From an uncultured Desulfospira sp. (GTDB lineage: Bacteria > Desulfobacterota > Desulfobacteria > Desulfobacterales > Desulfobacteraceae): DNA of 64,000 nt. The position numbers were made by a program, and so were the translations under genes. The first letter of the stretch is position 1, and every line of letters begins with the position of its first letter. The notes below the pieces were generated by a model that was given only the letters and a program-made list of their open reading frames with translations, had not been told where the DNA came from and made no database searches. Location: the NCBI GenBank assembly GCA_963663165.1, contig OY760175.1:1248001-1312000 (forward strand), read 5' to 3'. Below, piece by piece: positions 18,801-27,671 of this stretch.

Positions 18801-20862
18801 CACAAAAACATTCACCTATGACAGACGAAACCGGAAAACCGCAGAGACAGACCATCTGAACGATACCACCGAAACCACCACCCTGTTTGAATATGACAGC
18901 GCCGGCAACCTTGCCGCAAAAACCGACAAAGAGGGGCGAACCACCGCATACACCTATGATGCCCTGAACCGGATTACAAAAGTAATTGACCCGGCCAACG
19001 GTGAAACCATTTATGAATATGACGACCGGGACAACCTGATATCACTGACCGACGCTGAAAACCAGACCACGCTATTTGAGTATGACGCAGCCAACCGACT
19101 GGTAAAGGAGACCCGTCCCCTGGGCAATGAGACCACCTACGCCTATGACAACGCCGGCAGCCTGACCGAAAAGATCGATGCCAAAAACCAGAGAACCGAA
19201 TATGAATATGACGATGCCGGCAGGCTAAATGAAATCCGTTACTTTGCATCTTCAATCGATACTACCCCTGCCAAAACCGTGACCTTCTCCCACGACAAAA
19301 CCGGCAACCTGACCGGCTACAACGACGGGACCACTTCAGCGGTTTACACCTACAACACCTTAAACCAGAAAATCAAAGAAACCATGAACTACGGGGCATT
19401 CTCCCTTGAAACCGGCACCACCTATTACGGCAACGGCATGAAAAAGACCCAGACCGGGCCGGACGGCACCACCTACGGCTACCTGTACGACGCCAACAAT
19501 CAACTTTCTGCTGTACAGGTCCCCAATGCCGGGTATATAACTGTGGGCGAATACCAGTGGAACCGGCCCAAGTCTTTGCTGTTCCCCGGAGGCAGCCAAA
19601 GGACCGTTGAATACGACCCACTCATGCGCATCAAGCAGATCACGGCCCGGGACCAGGCAGACAATCAAAACTTAAGCTTGGCTTATGAGTACGACAAAAT
19701 GGACAACATAACCGCCAAAGCCACGGAACACGGCTCTTATGTTTATGAATACGATGCCCTGTACCGGTTAACAAATACGGACAACCCGGTCCAGGATGAC
19801 GAGGCATTTACCTATGACAACGTGGGCAACCGGCTGACATCGTCAGAGACTTCAGACCAGTGGGCCTACAACCAGAACAACGAACTGGCCGGTTACGACA
19901 GCGTAACCTTTGTCCATGACGCCAACGGCAACATCATCGAGAAGAACAATAACGGTACCATCACCCGCTTTTACTACAATATCGAAAACCGCCTGGAGCG
20001 TGTAGAAAGCGAATCCGGAACTATAATTGCCGAATACTACTATGACCCCTTTGGCCGCCGTCTCTGGAAAGACGTATCCGGAACCCGAACCTGCTACCAC
20101 TACACCGACGAGGGCCTGGCAGGCGAATACAATGCCGCAGGCAACACGGTGAAGACCTACGGCTATAAACCCGGCGGAACCTGGGGAACCGATCCGTTGT
20201 TCATGAAAGTTGGGCCTGAGTACTATTTTTATCACAACGATCACTTGGGCACCCCGCAAAAAATGACGGCTGTCAATGGGGCTGTGGTTTGGTCGGCTAC
20301 GTATAGTTCGTTTGGTGAAGCTGAGGTTGATTCTGCGTCTACGGTTGAAAATAATTTGCGGTTCCCGGGACAATATTTTGATGCTGAAACCGGGCTGCAC
20401 TATAATTGGTTCAGATATTATAATCCTGAAACTGGGCTGTATATCACCACTGATCCTATTGGCCTTTCAGGTGGGATTAATCTTTATAGTTACGCCCTAA
20501 AAAATTCGATTAATTACATTGATTTTCGGGGGCTTGACATAGTTGATGATATTTGGGACGGCCTTGAAGGGCATGGTCCTCTTACTGACCCTATTGATCC
20601 CTCCGATCTATTTGATGCGATAATTTTCGTTATTGAACACGCCTATTCTGCATGTGTGCATTGTGCAGTGAAATGCACTTTACAAGTAGTGTTGCCTTCT
20701 GAGGCTGCAAGTGCAGTTGTAAGGGATATTCTGAAAAATAGAGCTATGGGAGTTGCAAAAGATTCTCTTGAAAAAACTATTCCGTATTATAACACCGTGG
20801 ATGTTGCCGTAACAGCAGCCTTGGTCGCTATATGTACTATTGATTGTCAATCAAAACAATAA
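15847..20862 (+). CDS. Large Rhs/YD-repeat protein with Ig-like/carboxypeptidase-regulatory-like N-terminal domains and a variable C-terminal toxin; probably N-truncated
   Basis: Many YD repeats; core YYFYHNDHLGTP...LRFPGQYFDAETGLHYNWFRYY...DPIG...DFRGL; frame open from 15730 with no ATG, RBS or signal peptide. Confidence 0.92.
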   Translation: MPIRIQTTDTGPVVTSEPNRIETGLSLDQSITETLTLKNMGFAPLVDPAVSLVNRDGTPAPGWVLLNLPSDIDAVEVGESVDATLLFSPPPQGAVSEGDYYFYIQLEGANYAAVNIPVHAAVTSSGTGHILFKVSDIYTGTIDEKTGKMIQGLSGAALTLQNENAASITYSGGTDQYGELLLSDIPAGRYKYILKADDHEQSIGRVWIKPGITATQDVFLNNTLVTVEWSVVETGIQDQYEIVLKATYETNVPAPVVVADPLSVSLAGMSPGDVLSGEIRFTNYGLIRADNIEFAAPSSDQYFKYEFLDIPATIEAKESVNVAYRVTCLSSLTGEDEGNGGETGGYSKSGKMSYSAKCYSGSISVNFNVPGTGSGGDWTMPWGSASSTGFGRSSEIPEGVKCWPGFDREEPSFFNAAKSNQVQCVLSSVNMLHREYNRHKTDIRVKVPGGTISFERRYYDNQWHLDYLDDNLTFQSTGSDLIIKNDVKYKPVANDSRIFIHKNYKIITTDTGYTWKAPHGDWKKFDPDGRMMSYGDRNGLVAQLIYEDGENGRLTGIADKNMRQIFWFEYDGEGNLAAVEDFERRRIEYSHGNGLLTDVQDLQGNTTSYEYDDENRIIKTTTPDGHYSTVVYDEYDNVTQSLDENNQGYGFEYVYSESTRLSYAMVTSPAGQVKEACYDLDGYTRRVDINGRTVKTIDVSLRTFAVTDENGNVTIEEYDEWGNLTRMSYPDGSEVTYEYERTYNQPVRKVNENGVVSFFEYDDNGNLTQKTEAAGTDDERITQHTYDEDGNTLTITILADADTSVSQTVMTYDDNGNLETLTDPAGGITRFTDYDITGRLLTKIDARGKTWGYTYDNKGNLKTATDPLGNTTEYEYDKAGNRTRMVDALGRQTLFEYDLHGNLVLQTDHEGNETRFEYDAGNNLIRKTDAQGSTTQSTYDTEGRMVSTVDGHGDETAFEYNDTDTGCSSCNGSRGLPSRIIYPTFTKTFTYDRRNRKTAETDHLNDTTETTTLFEYDSAGNLAAKTDKEGRTTAYTYDALNRITKVIDPANGETIYEYDDRDNLISLTDAENQTTLFEYDAANRLVKETRPLGNETTYAYDNAGSLTEKIDAKNQRTEYEYDDAGRLNEIRYFASSIDTTPAKTVTFSHDKTGNLTGYNDGTTSAVYTYNTLNQKIKETMNYGAFSLETGTTYYGNGMKKTQTGPDGTTYGYLYDANNQLSAVQVPNAGYITVGEYQWNRPKSLLFPGGSQRTVEYDPLMRIKQITARDQADNQNLSLAYEYDKMDNITAKATEHGSYVYEYDALYRLTNTDNPVQDDEAFTYDNVGNRLTSSETSDQWAYNQNNELAGYDSVTFVHDANGNIIEKNNNGTITRFYYNIENRLERVESESGTIIAEYYYDPFGRRLWKDVSGTRTCYHYTDEGLAGEYNAAGNTVKTYGYKPGGTWGTDPLFMKVGPEYYFYHNDHLGTPQKMTAVNGAVVWSATYSSFGEAEVDSASTVENNLRFPGQYFDAETGLHYNWFRYYNPETGLYITTDPIGLSGGINLYSYALKNSINYIDFRGLDIVDDIWDGLEGHGPLTDPIDPSDLFDAIIFVIEHAYSACVHCAVKCTLQVVLPSEAASAVVRDILKNRAMGVAKDSLEKTIPYYNTVDVAVTAALVAICTIDCQSKQ

Positions 20863-20878
20863 ATAGTCAAGAGAAATA

Positions 20879-21208
20879 ATGGATTACTTTAATCAAAAAA
20901 CTTATTCGCTTTTTATTTTAATAACTTCTATCGTTACATTTTTTTATTTCAGAAACAAGGACAAGGAATTTATTGGCAGAGACAAATTATTTTTTGTTTT
21001 GGGATCTGTTTTTGTTGTTATTAATTGTTTTTTTGTCCAACTAACATATGGTTCTGATGTCCTTTTTGAGTGTTTATTACTAAAAAAACTAATGGTTAGC
21101 GCTAAGTTAATTCCAATAGGATATATTTTCATTCTGCTATCGGTTTTCTTTTTTATTGATGATATTATTAAAAAAATATTTTCATATTACAGATCAAAAC
21201 CCTCTTAG
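20879..21208 (+). CDS. Putative membrane immunity protein
   Basis: 109 aa, very AT-rich, three hydrophobic segments, right after the Rhs gene. Confidence 0.7.
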   Translation: MDYFNQKTYSLFILITSIVTFFYFRNKDKEFIGRDKLFFVLGSVFVVINCFFVQLTYGSDVLFECLLLKKLMVSAKLIPIGYIFILLSVFFFIDDIIKKIFSYYRSKPS

Positions 21209-21270
21209 ACTGGGCTATAGACTGCAGACTGGGCGAGACTGGGTTCAGACTGGGGGGTCGGGCCGAATAT
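21206..21270 (+). repeat. AGACTG(G)n stutter ending in GGGGGGTCGGGCC
   Basis: TAGACTGGGC-TATAGACTGC-AGACTGGGCG-AGACTGGGTTC-AGACTGGGGGGTCGGGCC. Confidence 0.7.
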
Positions 21271-21401
21271 TTACGCCCGCCCCCCCCGAATAATTATTTT
21301 TTGTCCATAATTTGCTTCAACTTTTTTATTTTTCGAAAAATTTTTTCGTTTTCATATGAAGCAACTTGACTCTCTTCTCTCAACAAAACTGCCTTTTTGT
21401 A

Positions 21402-22902
21402 TATAATGGACCCCAGAATTCGAACCAGTTGCTAAGCTACACGTGAAGTGATAAAAGCCCGGTTCGAATTTGTACCGAAAAAGGAGGTCTATGAGAAAAA
21501 ATTACACTGGAAAATTCAAAGCGAAAGTTGTTGTAGATGTGATTCGTGAAAATGAAACGGTTTCTGAGCTGGCGACCAAGTACGAAATTCACAGAACCTT
21601 ATTAACCAGGTGGAAAAATGAGGCACTGGAAGGACTACCGGATCTTTTTTCATCAGCCAAACAGAAAAAGGAAAATGATAATCAGAATTTGATAGACGAG
21701 TTATATAAGAAAATCGGTCAGCTCGAAATCGAGAATGACTGGTTAAAAAAAAAGGTTGACACAATCGGTTGATGACCGAAAAAGCCTGATAGAGCAAAAT
21801 CACCCAAGCATAAGTATTAACAGGCAATGTGAGCTGCTTCAAGTTTCGAAAGGGGCACTGTATTACAGGCCGAGACCGATAGATCCATACACTCTTATCC
21901 TGATGGATCTGATTGATAAACAGCACACGCAGATACCTTTTTATGGAAGTCGAAGGCTGACAGCCTTTTTGAACAGTAGCGGTCATCTGGTCAACAGAAA
22001 GCGGGTGCAGCGCCTAATGCGGCTTATGCGGATCGAGGCCCTTTATCCCAAACCCAAAATAACCAGGAGGAATGAAAATCATAAGATTTATCCATATCTG
22101 TTGAAAGGGGTCGCAATCATGAAGCCTGACCAGGTATGGAGTACCGATATTACGTATATCCGAATCGGCAATGGATTTATGTACTTATCAGCGGTGATAG
22201 ATTGGTTTAGCAGGTATGTCCTTTCGTGGCGGCTCAGCAATACCCTTGAAAATACCTTTTGTATTGAAGCGCTTGAGGAAGCATTGATTGTATCAACGCC
22301 TGAAATTTTCAACACTGATCAGGGCAGTCAGTTCACTTCATTGAAATTTTTGAAAATACTGCAAGCCAGGAATATCAAAATCAGTATGGATTCAAGGGGT
22401 AGAGCCCTGGACAATGTCTTTGTGGAACGACTGTGGAGAACCATCAAATATGAGGAAGTATATTTAAAGGATTACCGAACAGTAAAGGAGGCCCAGGAGT
22501 CGTTGAAAGCATTTATTAAATTTTATAATCAGGAGAGACTTCATCAGGCCCTGGGATATAGGGTGCCGCTGTCAGTCTATCGAGCAGCTTAAATCTTGCC
22601 TCCGGCGGCCCTACGGGGTTATTTATTCCGCGCTAAGGCGCGGGGATTTAACGCTTTAAGGACAAAAACATGGGAAAAGGGCAGCATACAGTTGATTGCA
22701 TACTGCCCCCATGTCTTCGTCACCAGCCACGGCGCTCGGGTTGCTTCCCAGCATTGCCCTATCCTCCGGACCGGCGGCGGGATAGTAACATGATCGTATG
22801 AAATGGCAAGAACAATCTGGCAAGGATGGGTACCGGGAAGATATCCCAGAAAAATGTAGCTTAAAAAATATCAAAATCGGTCTTGACATAGGGTCCACTT
22901 CA
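21402..22902 (+). mobile_element. IS3-family element
   Basis: IRs TATAATGGACCC... / revcomp TGAAGTGGACCC...; orfA/orfB; no TSD seen. Confidence 0.85.
21491..22592 (+). CDS. IS3-family transposase OrfAB (-1 frameshift at A9G, 21745-21754)
   Basis: OrfA HTH; OrfB WSTDITYI, FNTDQGSQF, DNVFVERLWRTIKYE. Confidence 0.92.
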
Positions 22903-23043
22903 GATTGAACAATGAATGAAATAGCTTAGCCGGGACAAAGAACATTGCCTCCCTTGACGTGGAAAAACCCAGAGAACAAATTGAAGGAAACCACAGGAAA
23001 ATACCCGGGATAAAGCAGCAGGACTAACCCCAGGAGAAAATCG

Positions 23044-23343
23044 ATGCTGCCGATAATGTTAACGCACCAGGTAAAACAGCGATTGCAGATGATAGAGGCC
23101 GCCCTGGAGGCAAGGGCACCAAAGACGTACCGGGAATTGAAAAAGAGTCGCTGCCTTCAATCCTTCCTGGAGGAACGGGAAAAACAGATAATGGAATCGT
23201 TCGATCCGGAAAGGGGCCGGATACTGATGGAGACCCACATGCCCGATGGCGGCGATCCGTTAGCCGTAGTTGGAGAGGCAAATCAGAAACTCCTGTCAGC
23301 ATGGAATCAGACGCTGGAAACGTATCTGGATTTCAGCGATTAA
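23044..23343 (+). CDS. Hypothetical protein
   Basis: RBS AGGAG, 99 aa; no recognised motif. Confidence 0.5.
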   Translation: MLPIMLTHQVKQRLQMIEAALEARAPKTYRELKKSRCLQSFLEEREKQIMESFDPERGRILMETHMPDGGDPLAVVGEANQKLLSAWNQTLETYLDFSD

Positions 23344-23972
23344 AATTAAATGCCATGTCAACAGGCAGCCGTTATTACCAGGCCTGGCAGGAAGGAAAGA
23401 ACGGGAGCGGGTATCCGTCCCTCCTGCCCGGTTCCCTGTCCTGGCCCCTGATCCTGACCGGCACTGGCACCAACGTCAGCCCGGTGGAGAATGACAGCCT
23501 GATTACCGCCTGGTTCTCTCCTTTGACCCGGTCCGTCCTGCCCTTCCCCCTCTCCTTTCCGGGGGCATTATATCCACCCATATGCAAAACACCGTCAACT
23601 CCCCTGGTACTAAGCCACCTTCTGAAATTGCCTTAGAATGAAAAATACAAAGTCGGTTTATGCCTATGGTCGATTTATTTGGCCTTGGGCGCTTTGATTT
23701 TGAGTTTATGGCGTAAAGCCGGGTTCATGCCGATATTAAAATTAAATTTGGTGGCGGATTCATTTTCGACCGATTTTCCTTTTCAGGCCAGCCGTTCTGG
23801 TATGAATGACCGGGAATGCCCTGTAAAATAAAGAGAGAAGGACATCATAAATTTTAAAAATCAGCGCATTTAAAAGGGAATCAAAAAAAATCTACTGCTT
23901 ACAATGTGCTTACTTTTTTTATTGGGGAACTAAAAAGGGCTTTGACCGATCAGCCAAAACCCTTGATATTCG

Positions 23973-24060
23973 TGGTACCTGGGACGAGAATTGAACTCGT
24001 ACAGAGATAATCTCCGAGGGATTTTAAGTCCCTTGCGTCTACCAGTTCCGCCACCCAGGC
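23973..24060 (-). tRNA. tRNA-Leu(TAA)
   Basis: Revcomp GCCTGGGTGGCGGAACTGGTAGACGCAAGGGACTTAAAATCCC...GTTCAATT...CCCAGGTACCA; long variable arm; encoded CCA. Confidence 0.97.
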
Positions 24061-24289
24061 ATAATCCGGTTTATCTATATTATTTAAGGCTTATTTTCAA
24101 GTTAAAAAATTATATGGGACTCTCTCCCCGGCATTCAAAAAAAATGGAGACTTCCTTTGCTTTGCCCACATCTCCAGGTTCCAGCTTTCGGTCTTTGACT
24201 TTCTGCTTCGTGGTTTCCGGCCTTCCGGTTTCCGGTCTTTGCTGTTTCTTGCCTGGATTTAGCCCTCAAAATCTGGTACAAAAAGCCCC

Positions 24290-24880
24290 ATGAATGCCAT
24301 TGAACAGCAAAAACTCATCCTGGCGTCCCAGTCCCCCCGCAGACGGCAGATGCTTGAACAGATGGGGCTTAAATTTGATATCAGGCCTGCGGATGTGGAT
24401 GAAAGCAACGGGGAGAACCTGCTGCCCAAGGAGTTTGTTGAATATTTGTCCAGGCTGAAGGCCCGGGCCGTGATGGAAGACTGTCCCGATGCCTGGGTGA
24501 TCGGGGCAGACACCGTTGTGGTGGCGGACGACCGGATTCTGGGCAAACCCCGGGATAACCGGCAGGCGGTTGAGATGCTCAAGTTTTTAAGCGGCCGGGA
24601 GCATTTTGTTTATACGGGTTTTACCATAGGCCACCTTGAGAAACAGATCATAACCACCCAGACGGCAGAAACCCGGGTCCGGTTCAAACCCTTGTCTGCC
24701 GGTGAGATCCAATGGTATGCCCAGACGGATGAACCCTATGACAAGGCCGGGGGATACGGTATCCAGGGCAAGGGCGGTTTTATGGTAGCATCCATTGAAG
24801 GTTCCTATACCAATGTGGTGGGGCTTCCGTTGTGCAAAGTTGTGGACACCCTGGTGGACCTGGGCGTAATTAAATTTTAA
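24290..24880 (+). CDS. maf: Maf nucleoside triphosphate pyrophosphatase
   Basis: LILASQSPRR, GADTVV, DKAGGYGIQG, NVVGLP. Confidence 0.95.
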   Translation: MNAIEQQKLILASQSPRRRQMLEQMGLKFDIRPADVDESNGENLLPKEFVEYLSRLKARAVMEDCPDAWVIGADTVVVADDRILGKPRDNRQAVEMLKFLSGREHFVYTGFTIGHLEKQIITTQTAETRVRFKPLSAGEIQWYAQTDEPYDKAGGYGIQGKGGFMVASIEGSYTNVVGLPLCKVVDTLVDLGVIKF

Positions 24881-24967
24881 AAAGGGACTTGGGCTTTGGG
24901 GCTTGGGGTAAAAAAGCGAAATGCCGCCCCAGATCCCAGGTCATAGGTCGTTTCAAGGAAGATATAG

Positions 24968-25660
24968 ATGGGCAGTGTAGCCGATAATTTTAAATCCATT
25001 CAACATGAGGTCCGGCAGACCGCTAAATCCTGCGGGAGGGATCCCGAATCCGTTACCCTTATCGGGGTGAGCAAACGAAAAAGTGTGGACATTATTACCC
25101 GGGGAATTGAGGCCGGTGCGGACAACTTAGGGGAAAACTATATTCAGGAAGCGGTTGAGAAAATCGACATCATCGGCAGGGACAGGGTCTGCTGGCACTT
25201 TATCGGCCACCTTCAGTCCAACAAGGCCAAGTTTGCCGTCAAATATTTTGATTATATCCATACCGTGGACTCGGCAAAACTGGCCAAAGAAATTGACAAA
25301 CAGGCTGGAAAAACAGGCAAAATCCAGAATATTTTTATGGAAGTCAACATTGCCCTGGAATCCACCAAAACCGGGCTTAAGGCCAAAGAAGCCCTTGACC
25401 TGGCCAAAGAAATCAGCCGGTTTGACCACCTGTCGTTAAAAGGGCTCATGTGCATGCCCCCCTTTTTCGATGACCCGGAAGAGGCCCGGGGGTATTTCAG
25501 GCAGCTGGCCGAAATCAAAAAAGAGATCCGGGAAGCCCGGATTCCCGGGGTCAGCATGGACCATCTGTCCATGGGCATGAGCAACGATTTTAAAGTGGCC
25601 ATTGAAGAGGGGTCCACCATGGTCAGGGTGGGAACCGCCATTTTCGGGAGCCGGAATTGA
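24968..25660 (+). CDS. yggS: PLP homeostasis protein
   Basis: VSK, GENYIQE, WHFIGHLQSNK, LSMGMSNDF, VRVGTAIFG. Confidence 0.95.
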   Translation: MGSVADNFKSIQHEVRQTAKSCGRDPESVTLIGVSKRKSVDIITRGIEAGADNLGENYIQEAVEKIDIIGRDRVCWHFIGHLQSNKAKFAVKYFDYIHTVDSAKLAKEIDKQAGKTGKIQNIFMEVNIALESTKTGLKAKEALDLAKEISRFDHLSLKGLMCMPPFFDDPEEARGYFRQLAEIKKEIREARIPGVSMDHLSMGMSNDFKVAIEEGSTMVRVGTAIFGSRN

Positions 25661-26196
25661 AGCTGCTCTTACATATCTGCTGTGCGCCCTGCTCTATCTA
25701 TCCCCTTGAGGTGTTAAAGCACGAGGGCATGGATGTGATGGGCTTTTTTTACCGCCACAACATTCATCCCTTTACCGAGTGCATGAAACGCGAGGATACC
25801 CTGCGCCAGTACAGCGATGACATCGGCCTTAACATGGTCTGGCAAAAGGGGTATGAACTGGAGAAATTTATCCAGTCCGTGGTGTTCCGGGAAACCACCC
25901 GGTGCCGGACCTGCTACCATGAACGGCTCAAGGCCGCTGCCATGATTGCCAAAAAGGGGAGGTTTGACTTTTTTTCCACCACCCTGCTCTACTCAAAATT
26001 CCAGAACCATGAGCTGGTCCGGGACATCGGAGAATCCTTGGGAAAGCAATACGGCGTAAAGTTCTTTTACCATGACTTCAGGGAAGGCTGGAAACAGGGC
26101 ATTGAACAATCAAAGGCCCTTAACATGTACCGGCAGCAGTACTGCGGCTGCATCTACAGTGAAAAAGACCGGTACTATAAACCTTCTGCCAGCTAA
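25657..26196 (+). CDS. queH: Epoxyqueuosine reductase QueH (DUF208)
   Basis: LLLHICCAPCS, NIHP, RCRTCY, YRQQYCGC. Confidence 0.9.
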   Translation: MKLLLHICCAPCSIYPLEVLKHEGMDVMGFFYRHNIHPFTECMKREDTLRQYSDDIGLNMVWQKGYELEKFIQSVVFRETTRCRTCYHERLKAAAMIAKKGRFDFFSTTLLYSKFQNHELVRDIGESLGKQYGVKFFYHDFREGWKQGIEQSKALNMYRQQYCGCIYSEKDRYYKPSAS

Positions 26197-27629
26197 GTAT
26201 TGTTTGAGGCATAGGTCCCTTCAAGGGGGCCCTGGTGAACAACAAAGGGTAAGGTTTTATCCTGCTTCGCCGCATACATGGCCAAATCAGCGGCGTGAAG
26301 CATATCTTCTTCATTCTTAAAGTCCGGGGCACTGACCGCAATGCCGATACTGGTCGACGCCTGGACACTGTGCCCCTTTAACTTATATGGTGTGGTGCAT
26401 TTCCGGCGTATCCTGTGGACCACGGCCTCAACCTCTTTGATTGAACGCACATGTTTCAGGATAATGGTAAATTCATCACCGCCAAGTCTTGAAACGACAT
26501 CATCATTGCGGACCACTTCGTTAAGGGTGGCCGAAAAGGCCTTGAGCAGTTCATCCCCTACGTCATGGCCCAGGGTGTCATTGATGGTTTTAAATTTGTT
26601 AAGATCCAGAAAAAAAAGGGCAAACAGGTGATCCGGATTCTTCTGATACCGGAGGAACACCTCCTCAAGATGTTCCATAAACTCGGCCCTGTTTTTAAGG
26701 CCTGTGAGGGCATCATGCCCGGCCTGATACGCCAGTTTCCGTTCAAAAAGAACATTGTCGGTAACATCCCGGGCAACAATATAATAAATCATCTGACCCG
26801 AATAGACGGCAATGCTGCAGGAAAACCAATTGTAGACGCCGGATTTTGTACGAAGCCGCAGCCTCATCAGACAGCTTTTTTCCTTGCCATGTAAAGCGGC
26901 CATGGACGAATGGAACTGTTCCACCTCTTCTTTATGAAGCAGACTGAACATGCTGCCGTAACCCGGTTTATGGTCGCCAAAATCAGAAATCCAGCACTGA
27001 TTGCGCTGAATGATATCACCCTGGGCGGTAAAAATGGCCATGGCATCAATGGAGAGCTGATAGAACCGGTCACGTTCCAGCAGGGCACGTTGTAATTCCA
27101 GGGTCAAAAGGGCCTGGGTTGCCAGGGGAGAAAACCGTAGCGTTTTTTTGACCTGATTGGGCCCAAAGTGCCTGAGAGCTGAGTGGGTGACCACCAAAAT
27201 GGCTTTTAAAGCACTGCCCTGCAACCCGATGTGCAGGGCAGAGCAAATTTTTTCGGTGATATGGGCGGGCTGACCCTGCCATTCCGGCACCAGAGAAATA
27301 TCAAAAGCGGCCACGGGCTTTCCTGCAAGTACCTTTCTGAACATGGTCCCTCCAGTCCAGGTACTGTTTTTCAAGGCGTCAAAGGTTGTGGCCAGCACGG
27401 TCATCTTTTCAGGGTCATCTGCCTGAAGAATAAAGGCCTCTTCAAAATCCACCACATTGCGCAACACCCCCACCAGCGCTTGAAACAATGCCTCCTGTGA
27501 ATGGGCCTCGCTCATGGCCCGAAGGCCCTCAAGCAGGGCCTCGGATTCCATGCGGATTTCACGCTCCCGCTGGCGGGACCGCTCCAGGTCCATTACGGTT
27601 TCAAACAATTGTTCAGATTGTATAACCAT
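26193..27629 (-). CDS. Diguanylate cyclase (GAF-like, PAS, GGDEF)
   Basis: HDALTGLKNR, DLNKFKTINDTLGH, RNDD I-site, RLGGDEF. Confidence 0.92.
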   Translation of the reverse strand: MVIQSEQLFETVMDLERSRQREREIRMESEALLEGLRAMSEAHSQEALFQALVGVLRNVVDFEEAFILQADDPEKMTVLATTFDALKNSTWTGGTMFRKVLAGKPVAAFDISLVPEWQGQPAHITEKICSALHIGLQGSALKAILVVTHSALRHFGPNQVKKTLRFSPLATQALLTLELQRALLERDRFYQLSIDAMAIFTAQGDIIQRNQCWISDFGDHKPGYGSMFSLLHKEEVEQFHSSMAALHGKEKSCLMRLRLRTKSGVYNWFSCSIAVYSGQMIYYIVARDVTDNVLFERKLAYQAGHDALTGLKNRAEFMEHLEEVFLRYQKNPDHLFALFFLDLNKFKTINDTLGHDVGDELLKAFSATLNEVVRNDDVVSRLGGDEFTIILKHVRSIKEVEAVVHRIRRKCTTPYKLKGHSVQASTSIGIAVSAPDFKNEEDMLHAADLAMYAAKQDKTLPFVVHQGPLEGTYASNNT

Positions 27630-27671
27630 GGGTTTCCGTTTTTATTTAATTTGACAGGCCTGGGGTAAGCG

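Noticed and set aside
21396..22908. TSD for the IS3 element
   Set aside because: Flanks (TTTGTA / GATTGA) do not match
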